Source: the human T2T-CHM13v2.0 reference genome, Homo sapiens
NCBI RefSeq assembly: GCF_009914755.1
Contig: NC_060926.1
Strand: one strand, 5' to 3'
DNA: 64,000 nt
A model generated the notes under the pieces. That model did no database searches. It had not been told where the DNA came from and saw only the letters and a program-made list of their open reading frames with translations. Every line of letters begins with the position of its first letter. The first letter of the stretch is position 1. This document shows positions 40,308 to 52,502 of this stretch, piece after piece. The position numbers and the translations under genes are program-made.

Positions 40308-43300
40308 TTATCAACCAGAGAGCAAATTTGTCAATGAGGCAAATCATCACATATGTAAAGAAAACAGTCTTCCTTGCATAACTCCAGAGAACACACACAC
40401 ACACATATACCCATGCACACACCCACAGCAACAAATGTGTCTGGTTTGTAAGTTTAGAAAGAATGCTACTTAAATAGTTAACACAGGGAACATAAAGAAA
40501 GCTTAAATAATAACTACAAGAAAAACTGGTTAAAAAAAAAAGTGGATAGAAACCAAATTTGTTTCTTTTTTCCTATACACCAAGTTGTCCATTGTGCCAA
40601 AGAATGAAAGGAGAGGTGAATAAACACACACACCCTTTGTGTGTGAATGTATATACTCCTAAGTAAACAGACATGGCTTCATAAATTAGAAAGCTACTAT
40701 GTCACATGAAAAATGTGCCACATTTACACTGCTGTAATAAGAAAACGACTGCATGCACCTATGAAACGGATCTAAATAATAATCATGTCGCAGCATAATT
40801 CACACTGCCAAAAACCTTTCTGCTCTCACTCTCAGCAGTGCCACAAAATCAAAGAAATACCAAATGCACGGGCAGTATTTCTCAGACACATTAGCTAAAT
40901 GGGATACTTTTGAGTACTTAAGAAAATAAGCCAATTAGTCATTTTTTTTTTATTCTGAGAAATGGAATGCCTATAATATTCTAAACATGTTTGCACTTGG
41001 TGGCATCTATGATATAAAAATCAGAATGGTCAAGCAAACACCACATTTCAGAGCAAGGCTGAGAAGTCCTTTCTTTAGACTTGAAATACTTCGCCTAATG
41101 TTGTCAAAGTGGACTAATTTTCTGAATGAGCTCCAAAATGCTTCATTATGAGACTATTTCTGCACACATAATCACCAGCGGATGGTATAACAAGGTAGAC
41201 ATGTCTTTCTTTCCTGTTTGCTTTTTTTTTTAACTTTGTACTAAAATACTCCAGCATCTACTTTACCAGCTTCTATCATTTTTTAAGCTTCCAAAGGGGA
41301 AAAGAGAGTTGGTAAGTCTCTGCTTGTGAAATCTTATGCTTGCTCTACCAAAAAAAAAAAAAAATCACAAAATACAAAACATCCAGGATGCTGCCAGTTA
41401 ATAAAACTGAAGCAGAAAATGTACAAGTCTTAAACAGTTAATCAGTCTGACCTTCTTTAGCAAGCTGCCAATTTCACATTTAATGAACTTAAAGCCACAG
41501 AGAATCAAAAAATAGATTTTAATTTGAGTGTAGAATATTGGAACAGATTTTGATAAAGTGCAAAAATCCAGTGAACTCAGGTTAAATTTATTTCAACCCT
41601 ACCCAGGCTGAATATTGAGGGGGAAGATCTGGAGTAACTCCCAGATGTGCTAGGTGAAATAATATTGAGAGAGCCCTGCCTAGCTGCACCTGTGCTCAAG
41701 TAGGACATCTCATAATTTCTAGCCTCTGGTACTCCTCCTAATTTAACATAAGGTCACCACAGGAATATGAAGGTTATATTCCTACTAATAAAGACAGTAA
41801 AGTAAGCACTTATGTTTCTTTGCCCAACATACTGGCCAAAAGATAAATACAGAATACATATGCATACTTTTCAAATAAAAGAAGACAAACAGAAGTGCCT
41901 CTGCATTGTGCCTTAATGTCATTCTTCTCTTACATTTGCTTCCATTTTGACCAAGTGAGGAATAGGGAACTCATTCTCAAAATATTCCTGTTGTCTGAAT
42001 TAAGGATTTTAAGTACACATTGATAAATGTGGCTTTTTTGTTTAGCATTAGCTACAAGTTCTGAGGTTTACAGACTGAAGGAAGACTTAGGAAAATATTT
42101 TATCAAACTTACTAGTACATAGAACCTTTGCAAAAAAAAAAATTTTTTATTTCCACCGTTAAGATTCTTTTTTTTTTTTTTTTTGTTCCCAAGGTCTGAC
42201 ACATTTCTAAAAGTGGGAATATTATTTAGGTGCAAAAGGAAATATTCTCCTAGGTATCAAATAGTTAAAGGTAATGTGGTTCAAAACAGACTTGGTTAAA
42301 GTCTTCTAAATGTAGTGACTGAACTGATTTACAATCAAAACCGGGAAATGAAGTGGTAATTCAGAGGTTGCTGATTACACCTCCACATTTCACCTAATTA
42401 ATTTTATAGGAGGCAAAGTTCTTGAAAATAACAAGATGATCAAATGTACAGATATAAAACCTGTAACCTCAACATTTTCTATGCTCTTAACGTAAATTAT
42501 TGCTAATTAACAAGAATTATATCCTAATGTATGAAATACGTTTAACATCGGTCTCCTTGCAAAACATTTGGCTAGTGGTGTTCAGAGAAATACCAAAACG
42601 TGTTTTTATCATTGCTGGTATATTATTAAAAATCAGACAAAGTGGGACACAAAGAAAATATGAAAATACAATTCTCATGGTGTAGTCTACTGATTTGCAT
42701 TGACATCTTTTCTCAGTGGCAATCAACATTTCCTTTCTGGGCATCTGATAATTTCTCTGCATTTTAATGCAAATTCCCCTTTCCCTAAAAACCTTCCTAA
42801 CCCTCAGCCATTTACCCCCTCCCTCAATTCAACTCCATCCTCCTTCGCCCCAACAATACCAACATTTCTAAGCTCCGGCCTAAACTCCGGCTACAAAGCA
42901 GGGAGTCCTCGATTGAAGTGGAAGGGAGTGGGCAAATAATCATAATAATTAGCCGCGAATTCTCTCTACGAGGGGAGGAAGAAATAGAAAATAAAATGCT
43001 TCTACGTTCAAACAGCAAGACAGCCTGGAACGTCTCAATGTCTCAGTGACAGACTGAGATCTCTTTCCTCTCTGTGTAGTTGCAAAAGAATAAATTTAAG
43101 GGAAAAAAATAATCCTTATAGGAAATGTTGGTAAGGAGCGAGCAAAACGAGAGCTGCCGGGGAGCGGAGGGGGAGGGGGAAAGGGAGATGTGTCTTCAAG
43201 TTTGCTTTCCAAGTCCTTCTCCTTGATTGTCTTAACAGGGTAAAGAAGCAAACGGAGGCTGAAATTCAGAGAGGAAAAGCAAAGAAACAAAAGCAAAGCC

Positions 43301-46260
43301 GGGGGCTACAGGCCCGGGGCAGGGGCCCCGGCAAGGGTGGACCGTGCAGAAAGTGAAGTTGGGCGCGGGGACTCTGAGGCACAAAGCGAGCAGCGTGCTG
43401 GCTGCAGGCTCCCGCCGCGCTTGCTGCGAACACGTGCAGCAGCGGCCGCGGGGCCTTGGGGCCCGGGGGCCCGGAGACGGAGGGCAGCCAGGGGCCCTGA
43501 CTGCTGCCTCCATGCCCGTCCAGCTCGGCCAGCTCGGCCGCGGGGTGACGGTTCCCTGGGCCTGCCAGTTGGTGAAAAAGGAAGTGAGGTTTGGAAAACC
43601 CGGCTGGTTAACCTGGTGCAGTCTCAGTATCTCCGCACACACCTCAAGCGCGGGTCCTGAGATTCATTCTGTGTCCACAAGCTTACACTTTTTACTTTGG
43701 GGGATCTCTGCAAATGCATTTCCCCCGCAATTCTGGGCACTGGGTGTGCGCGGCGGCGGCTGCGGTTATTCATTATTAATGACGCTGCCTGCCCGCATCA
43801 TTATGATGATAACTATTACTATTGTTGTGATTCCGAGCTCCGAGGCGAGAGGGGGGGTGTCGGGCTGCAGAGCCGCCCAGCAAGCCAGCCGAGGCCACCG
43901 AGGTCTGTGCTTTGCATGGGGGTGAGGGGGTGGAAGAAGTGAGGCTGGAGACCAAGTGCAAACTTGCCATATCCCCCTCTTCGGCCATGCCCCGAAGCCC
44001 TAGAGCGCGCACTCCCGGTTCCTCCCTACCAAAAATGCCGGCCCCGAAAGAAAGCGAAAACTGCACCGTGCTCCGAGCCCGGCGCGCGCTGGTCTCAGCT
44101 CGCGCACGGGGGTGTCGGCCGCGCGCCCGGTCGCTTCTCCGCGGCCCCGGCCAGAAGCATTTTTAAAGTCAAAATGAAGAACAAAGACATACGGGGTGAT
44201 CGGGGAGAGAAAGGGAATTCTGCCTAACCGTTCTTTCCCCCCACCCCCACCCTCGCAAAGCTCGTTCCTCCCCGGACGAGAATCGCCGGGCAGGAGGTGG
44301 GGGAGGCTCTGGTACAGGTTCAAGTTCGCTGAGCTTTCTTGATCTTGTTCTGCCTCCTAGCGACCGAATGGCTCATTCAGCCCACATAGCAGAGGCGGGG
44401 GGCGGGGGGGTGGTACTGAGGACCGGGATGGCTCCTGCCCCCTCTGAGCACCCAGAAAATGAGGACAGAAAGAAGTGGCCCCCTCACCCCCTCCCAAACT
44501 GGCCCTTTAACCCCGGGACAGGAGGAGGGGGTACTAACCCTCCCAGCCTAGAGTGTCCCAAGATGGACCCAGGAGGGAGAGGGGTACGAGGGAGCAGCCT
44601 GGACTGCGCGCCCCGGTCTGTCCTTTGAGCCCCCACTGCATCCTTCCGAAGAAGGGCCTGACTTTCCCGAGTCCTGCGAACACTGCCCTTCCTTCCCGCC
44701 GGTACCTGGCCGGGCTGTAACTTCACACCGCCGCGCGCCGCGTCTGATCCGCATCCGGCGCGGCCGGGGGAGTTGGGGGCGGGGGAGAGCGGCGAGGGAG
44801 GGATGCGAGGGGGTGGGGAGAGGGAGGGCCGCGCAACGTGCCGGGGTGGGGGAGCTTCCGAAGTGTGTGACAAGTTCCAGGGCCCAGTGAAAAATTAAAT
44901 TCCCTGTGCGCACCCCCCACCACCACCCCTTTAAAAAAACACAGAACCAAGTATAGGTGGTCCTTTAAAACTGCATCAAAAATTTAAAGTAAGAATCATA
45001 AATTGAGTAGGGGGGGAATGTGGGCCCTCACGCCTTTCTTTCCCTTGCTGCCAAACTTTCCTAAGTGCCCACCGCCCGCCTTTCCAGGCGCAGTCAGCGG
45101 GAGACAGCCACCACCACCAGCTCTTATACAGACTCACAAGAACCTCAGACCAAGCCAGGCCTGGGGAAGAGGGCAAGACCCAAAGGGTGAAGTGCTCGGG
45201 GTCCCAGGATCCAGCGCCCTTAAAATGCACACTCAAACACACTTCTCCCCTGCCCTTCCCCGGCAACCCCGCCACCTGGCCTAGTCGTGCTCGGGGCGCA
45301 GGGGGACTGGTGACCAGACCGGGCGGGGTGGGGGGTGGGCAGGGAAAGCACGTGGTGACCTCCTCGCGGTCCCGAGCTGTGGACAAGAGACGTCTGAGAA
45401 AGTACCCAGGGCGGAGGGGAGGGGAGGCGCAGAACGCGCTTTTACAGTTGCCCTGCAAAATAAAAATGCTTTGCAAAGCCGAGTTTCACCCAGCCGATTT
45501 CGCAGTCTGGGAGGTCGAGAAGAGGTCTCGGCATTGTGCTGGGGGCGGACCAGGACCACGGGCCAGGCTGGCGCGGAGACACTGCGTGGCCTGCCGCCGT
45601 GCCTGGCGGGTGGGCGCCGGGCGCCGGGTGGGCGATCCGGGGCTGGGCTGGGGCGCGGCGAGGTCGGGCAAGGCCCGGGCGAGGCCAGGCCGCCGCCGCC
45701 GCCTGCTCCGGGGCTGCCGCGCCGCGCTCGGTCCTCTGTCTGTTTGTTGGCAGGAGGCTCCCGCACACGCGGTGCTTGTAAACATTCAGACACGAGATTT
45801 TTCCCAATCAAAATCCACTTCCACTTTTTTTGAAAATCTTCCAAAAAATAGTAAGAGGAGGGAGTTCCTCTCTCCCTCTCCGTGCCGTCGGCGCCCTAAG
45901 TTTGCAACTGAAGGGGTTTGGGGGAAGAGGGTGATTGTAAATTTTTTTCTAGATGAGAGATTGTGAGATTTTTGCAGGGGGGCTGGTGGGGGAGTCAAAG
46001 AGAAGGCCGTCACAGAAAAGGGTTGGCAGAGCGTTTGGCTTCGGTTTGGGGGCAAGAAATTGTACATTCTCTTGCCTTGTTTTATTTATTTTATTTTTAT
46101 GTATTTATTTATTTATGTGCCAGTCTTCTCCTTGCTGCCTCTGAGGTTCGGTCGGGAGGGGAGGGCAGCGGCAACCCAGGCGGCAGCAGTCCGGGCTCCC
46201 TCCCTCCCTCTCCCGCGTGCCCCCGGCCGCCTCCTCCCCCGGCCCTAGCTCCTGCCCTTC

Positions 46261-46281
46261 GGCGGCGGCGGCGGCGGCGGC
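46261..46281. repeat. (GGC)7 repeat in intron 1
   Basis: Direct count. Confidence 0.9.
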
Positions 46282-47052
46282 GCGGGAGGGCAAGCGCGAG
46301 GAGCCGGCACAAAAGGCAGCGGGACAAACACCCACCTCTGGCCGGAACAAAAGGCGGCAGTGCCGGCCGCGTCTCCCGTCCTTCCCGGTCCCACGGCTCT
46401 CCCCGTCGCCGCGGCCCCTCTCCCGACTCCGCGGACTCAGGAGCGCCGGGGGCCCCTTTCCACAGTGCCACTTTCTCACTATTGTGGGGATGACTACTTT
46501 CCTCCCGCTGCACACTTGACCGTGAGCGCGCTGGTGTCCAAAGGCCAGTCTCACCTCTTTTCTCCCCGGGAATCGTTTTTTAGACTTGTACTCACTCCCT
46601 CCCTACCCCCCCATTTTCTTACGGTGAGTGGGAAGCAACCTCCCTTTCCCCACCAGCTCCCACCCCCAGGTTTGCATGTGAGTTGTTCGCAACCTTAGCA
46701 TTGTTCATTATTTTGCAAAACTGGCGGGCGGGGGGGGAGTGGAATCATTGCATTCCTTTTCGAAAAGAGAAATAAAGCGGCGGAAAGGAGGAAAGAGGAG
46801 GAGTCAAATTTTTGTAAAATTAAATAAAATTAAAAGGTGCGTGCTGTCTCAAAAGTGCATACACGGCAATGGTTCCAGATGGGATGAGGGTTTTTTCCCC
46901 CTTTATCTCTTTTACCTCGACTCTCGGAGGTTTTTCTCGTGAAAAATTTAAAAATGCATGCACACACCCCTCTCTCCCCCTCGCTTTTGCTTCTAGTCCT
47001 GCGCGCTCTCGTGATTATTAATAATTATTATTACTATTATTGGGTTACTTAC

Positions 47053-47107
47053 GCGAGAATTCCCGTTTGCTTAAGTGCTGGGGTTTGCCTTGCTTGCGGC
47101 GAGACAT
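47053..47107 (-). CDS. BCL11A: BCL11A coding exon 1 (55 nt): MSRRKQGKPQHLSKREFS, containing the FOG-1/SALL-type NuRD (RBBP4)-binding motif
   Basis: Minus strand gcccaccATGTCTCGCCGCAAGCAAGGC...GAATTCTCGC|gtaagt; good Kozak context (A at -3), consensus donor, phase 1 compatible with exon 2. Confidence 0.98.
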
Positions 47108-47123
47108 GGTGGGCTGCGGGGCG

Positions 47124-47150
47124 GGCGGCGGCGGCGGCGGCGGCGGCGGC
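47124..47150. repeat. (GGC)9 / (GCC)9 trinucleotide repeat in the BCL11A 5' UTR
   Basis: Direct count. Confidence 0.95.
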
Positions 47151-47188
47151 GGGCGGACGACGGCTCGGTTCACATCGGGAGAGCCGGG

Positions 47189-47224
47189 TTAGAAAGAAGG
47201 AGACTCCAGAGAAAATATCTTCAT
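47189..47224 (-). other. uORF MKIFSLESPSF* (11 aa), in frame with but terminating before the main ORF
   Basis: ATG AAG ATA ... TTC TAA read directly. Confidence 0.5.
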
Positions 47225-47250
47225 CAGTGCCTTTTGACATCCAAAATAAA

Positions 47251-47304
47251 TTAGAAATAATACAAAGATGGCGCAGGGAAGATGAATTGTGGGAGAGCCG
47301 TCAT
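47251..47304 (-). other. uORF1 in the BCL11A 5' leader, MTALPQFIFPAPSLYYF* (17 aa)
   Basis: aagccATGa (G at -3) to TAA; translation not shown by the sequence. Confidence 0.55.
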
Positions 47305-47316
47305 GGCTTTTTTTTA

Positions 47317-47319
<3 letters not shown>

Positions 47320-47350
<31 letters not shown>

Positions 47351-47396
47351 AGAGAGAGAGAGAGAAGAGAGATAGAGGGAGAGAGAGAGAGAGAGA
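47320..47396. repeat. A28 run followed by a GA-rich repeat (long pyrimidine tract on the sense strand)
   Basis: Direct reading. Confidence 0.95.
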
Positions 47397-47399
47397 TGA

Positions 47400-47800
47400 A
47401 AAAAATGGCAAAAGCCCCCCTGAGCTGCAAGTTCAAGTGCGGACGTGACGTCCCTGCGAACTTGAACGTCAGGAGTCTGGATGGACAGAGACACACAAAA
47501 CATGGGCAGGGCGAGCAGGAGAGAAGGGGAGGAGGGAAGGGGAAGCTCACACCAATGGACACACATCAGGGGCTGGACATGAAAAAGAGACCAGGACAAG
47601 CCAATGGCCAGTGCGGGGAGGGGGAGGTGCGGGGCGGGGGGCTCCGCGGACGCCAGACGCGGCCCCCGGGGGAGGGGCGGGCCGAGGGGAGGGGGCGCTG
47701 GGGCCGCGGGCTCACCAGTGGCCGCAGCGAGCGCCGCGGCGGTGGCGTGGCCGGGAGAGAAGAAAGGGGTGGCAGGGGTGGGAGGAAAGGGTGGGGGGGA
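47400..47800 (-). promoter_or_regulatory. BCL11A core/proximal promoter: CRE-like TGACGT (47446-47451), CCAAT (47601-47605), GC boxes GGGGCGGG (~47631, ~47674)
   Basis: Motifs read directly, 300-600 bp 5' of the start codon. Confidence 0.75.
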
Positions 47801-50800
47801 GCAAGACGTGCGCCCTGCTCCCCCCCACACACGCGGACTCTAAAATGAAAGATTATTCAAAAAAGAAAAAAATAGAGCGAGAGTGCACCGGGAGGCTGCA
47901 GCCCCGGGCTGGGGAAGCGCGGGCGGAGGGAAGCCAGGTAGAGTTGCTCCCGGACACCCTCCTCCGTACGCACACCCACTTCCCCTCCCCGCCGCCGCCG
48001 CGCTCGCTCCCCGCGTGTGGACGCCAGGGGCCGAAGTAAAAGCCCCGAGCCCGCGGCTGCGCTCGGGAAACTTTGCCCGAGGAGAGGACAGCAAAGAAAA
48101 ATCACCCGAAGTTGAGAGCTGAGCCTCCAAGTTACAGCTCCGCAGCGGGCGAGGGGAGGTGGGAGGGAGCGCACGGCAACGCGGAATCCAGCCTAAGTTT
48201 GGAGGGCTGCGGGTCCGGAAGGGCAGCGCCCAAGTCTCCAGGAGCCCGCGCGGCCTGGAAAGAGGGGACCGGGGAGAGGCAGGCGGCGCAGGCCGGGGCC
48301 CGAGGGCGCCCCCAAGGCCGAGCCAGGGACCGGGAATCTGAGCGCCCCGCCAAGCGACTGGGTCTGAATGCAACTGAAAGCGCCGAGTCCCCGGCTCCTA
48401 AGGGTCGCAGAAAGAGAGCCCGAGGAATAAAGAACGAGGAGCCAGAGTCTGGCCCCCGGAGGGGAGCGCCGGGGGCCTGGGCAAGAGAGGCACCGAGGCG
48501 TCCACCTCTCTGAGAGGCCGAGGACAAAGCGCGGGCAGTCCCGGGAGTCCCAGTCCCTGGGAATGTGCTCACGGCGCCGCGGGAGGTCCCCGAGCCGGGT
48601 CCCTGGGAGGGACACACCCCCTCCCACTCCAGAGCAACTGCAAAAGCACAGAGGGATGGGAAGAAAATGTTTCTTACGGGCAGAGCACAACTGTTCCTGT
48701 GCTGTTACCCAGGGAAAGAGAAAATGGGAATGGAGAGAGAGCGACAGGCTCGCAGGAGCAGCGGGGAGACCACGGTGGTGAGATGACCGCCTCGGGTCAC
48801 CGCCGCGCTCCCCAGGCGCCGCCGGCCAAGGCGCACACCCAGGAGCCAGCAGCCCCCTCTCGCCTTTCTGCAGACGTTCCCTGGAAATTAGGGAAGACCT
48901 GTTGGAAATAAAACCCTGTCTCTTTAATGCACACACGCACACACACGCGCGTGCTGCCGCTGTCAAAAAGCGGGCTTCACTCTGGCGTGGGATACTTTCA
49001 GTTTTACGTAAAATGTACAGCAACAGCACCCCCTGCGATTGGAAAGTTTATTCAGAAACGTGCCTGTAAAGTCCCCTGGCGCCTCCCGCCTCCCAGCCTC
49101 CCTGCCTGCCAGCACCACTCTGCAGCCGCCGCCGCCGCCGCCGGGGAGATCGCAGTCCGATTCCAAATCTGGAAGGAGTTGGGGGGAGAGGAGAATGGAC
49201 TCAGGTCCAAGGGAGGTGCGGAGGGTGCAGGGTGGAGACGGGTCGCCATGGCCCGCGAGACCCTGAGCTGCAGGTGGATATGTGTGAGTGTGTCTGCAGA
49301 GCGAGGAGCCCTCCTTCCCTCTCCTCGGAGCGGTTCCACAACCCCCGTCTTCTCATCCCCCTCTTCAGTCTAAAGGGTGTCGCTTCCGTAAACTCACCCA
49401 CCCGGTGGGGGGGCTTTATTGTTTTAAGCGAGGGCCCCGGGCTTGCACGCGCTCACCCATCCCGCAGCCCTGCCGGCAAGCGGCTGTTTATTCCTGTTTC
49501 GTCTTAGTAAAGTTTCAAGTCTACTGTGTTAGAAAATGACTGGCTTGCCTAGCTCGGCGGAGCTTCGGACCCCTCTAAGGAAGAAAAGGAGGTTTTGATG
49601 CTCAACATTGAGAGAGATGTGGGCTGTACTGGGATTGTGTCAATGTGGTTTGTTGTTTGTTGTTGTTTCCCTCCAGTTTGTGGGAGGGAGACCTCAAATT
49701 CTGTTTAAGAAGCGGGAGGATTCACTAGAAGTTAAGCTCTGTAGCTTGTGTGTGACACCATTTCCCCTTTTCACTGAGTTCTTCAGAGCAGGTCAGCATC
49801 TCTATTCCACCACAGTCTGCTTTTTGTCTTGTTAAACCAGCCTTGGAGTCACCAAAAGAATGTCTTCTTGGGGGGTGGCGGGGGAGGACGACGTGGGGGA
49901 CGGTTGGAGGGAAGGTGAAGAGAGGGAAGAAGAAAGTGCAACTGGGAGGCCTTTGAAAAATAAATAAATAAAAGAAAAGCCCCTTCAGGTAACAATAGTG
50001 AGCCAGATTCTTTCAGAACCAAGCTTTTCAGATTTGAATATTGTTCCCACCCGTCCATAAAAGTCCATCTATAGAGAAGATATATAAATGAGCGAGTGAG
50101 TGTTGTGGAAATATATATATATGTATGATTTATATATAATGGTGTGTATAAAGCTTTTCGGGGTTGGCTGTAGTGTAAAAAGTAATGACTTTATTACCTC
50201 TGAAAGGTTCTGTGGTTCACATTTAACAGTCTTCTGAATTACAATTCATTACACAATTGTGTGCGCTCTGACGACGGCACCCTATCAGGGCTGCTATCTG
50301 TGGCTATTTCCAATAAATAACTGGCAACATTTTATTGATTTTCCTTTTTAAAAAAAAACATAGGAAATTAAGCACTTAGTTACAAGTAGGTCTGCTATGT
50401 TATTGCACTTGTTTCAGATTCCAGGGGGTTCCTTCCTAAACCACATCTTAAAACATACATTAAAAAGCCAGTTTTGCAGCTGCTTTCCCTGGGTGCCAAA
50501 GGAGAGGTAAGCAGCGACGATTCCCCGACATATATTTAATTTCACCATCATAATATGCCCAGGGTGAAATGGGAAGTGCCCTCCGCTCCCGCCCCTCCCC
50601 CAGCCAGATTTCACCCAGTCCAGAAAACCACGGCTGTGTGTCGGCATTTGATCCCTCCTGGTCGTCGACCCCCCTCCCCGGCCCCTGGTGCCCTCCCCTA
50701 GGGCGACAACCCCTCCCTCAGCACTGCTGGATGCTCGCTAAAGAGCCCGAAAGTGGGGGAGGGGAGGGTTTGTATGTGTGTTTAAAGAAAGATGTGTCGT

Positions 50801-51964
50801 TTTAAGAGATTTTAAAATATTACGTAAGTATTGATTAATGATGCAGGTGGTTTTGTAGAGGGGGTGAAAGGTCACTTTAAATGCGCACACTTGGATACAC
50901 AATAAGTATATTTACCTTTCCAGAAGTGGCTTTTAGAAAGTAATAAATTATGACAACGTTAAAATTATTTTCTGGCCGTTCAGTTAACTTCGTTTGGGGC
51001 TGTAGAGCTGTTGCTGCTCCCATTGAAAGGGTAATTACGTTCCGTGGGCTCTTTCCCAAACCTTTGGTGACGACACTGCGTGTAAACTCCAGGCCAGCAG
51101 ACGACCCCTCCCCTTCCCTCCTCCCCCTTTTTATCTTGCCCGCGGAGGAGACGCCCCAGGACTTCCTGCAGTATATATTCTGCCTCTGATCTCCGTACTT
51201 AATAGCCAAGTCCTAGTTTATGCTTTATAATGTGTTGACAAGTTTTCTAACAGACTTTCTGAAATAATGCACATATATTCACGTCGGTTAGAAACCCACC
51301 GTATTTTTAGAGTTGAGTAGATCTATACCCTAATGCAGTGAGAGAGTGTAAATCATACAGGATTTCATAGTCCTTTCAGTAGTTTTCGGTATGAAGTATG
51401 AGCCGCGTGGCCTCCAGACGTAACCTTTTAGAAAAAAAAAAAGACAGTGCTTTTATTTTATGGTGTAAAGTGCTTTTAGCTCAAGGGCTCTGAACGTGAA
51501 TGTGGTCAACAAACAGCTCGAAGAGGGAGACTTAATACAGTCCCAGCCCTCGGACCGAGGATCGCCTGGCGCGAGGAACTCGGGCTGAGCTGGAAGATGA
51601 AGGGTTAAAAGGTCTGTCAGGATGGAAACTACAAGATTAAAATAAAATATTCACTGTCTGCCTTTAGGGGGAAACACCTTCATAGACTCAAAGATAAATA
51701 AGTGAATGACTGAATGAATGATTAAAAATACAATCATTTCCTTCTTGATTTTTACTTTAGCCTTTTTTCTTCTTTTTATTTCTTTTCTTTTAATTTTTAT
51801 TTTTTGTTTTTCCTAATTGGCAGGTCACAAAATAGAGAACAGGCAGTCATCTTCATAAAAATAAAACTTAGGTTTGGATTCTATGCTTGGCATAGGTTTT
51901 GTATTTTGGGTCTCAATGATGGAAGTGCTAGGCTGTTGTTAAGACAAAGGAAAAATGAATTTTA

Positions 51965-52266
<302 letters not shown>

Positions 52267-52502
52267 AAAATGTTAGGGAGTTGCTTGTGGAAGAGGATGA
52301 GCTTCTTTTTCCTCCTCTACTCCCAGTGTGACCCACAGGTTGGGAGGTCCCTGGAGGACAGTATCTATACCTTCTACAAAGGCACAGACATCTCTCAAGG
52401 AGGCTCCTGGGAGAACCATTAGTCTGGCATCTTTCTCTCCAGGCTCCCTGGGCCTTTAGCTAGCTAGCAGTCAGCGCTTCAAACACCTGAATGAACCTAT
52501 CC

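Larger units (their letters stand above)
47053..47240 (-). other. Overlapping out-of-frame uORF (MSKGTDED...AAAAAAAAA...ILA, continuing RAS* in exon 2 after splicing)
   Basis: ORF track 47049..47240(-); AUG is 133 nt upstream of the main AUG, weak Kozak context. Confidence 0.5.
43230..49560. promoter_or_regulatory. Large CpG island covering the BCL11A promoter, exon 1 and the proximal part of intron 1 (interrupted by AT-rich patches)
   Basis: Very high GC and CpG density compared with CpG-depleted flanks. Confidence 0.93.

Noticed and set aside
43232-49539. Many long overlapping ORFs (up to 278 aa) on both strands
   Set aside because: Arg/Gly/Pro/Ala-rich by-products of stop-codon scarcity in the CpG island; no recognisable domains
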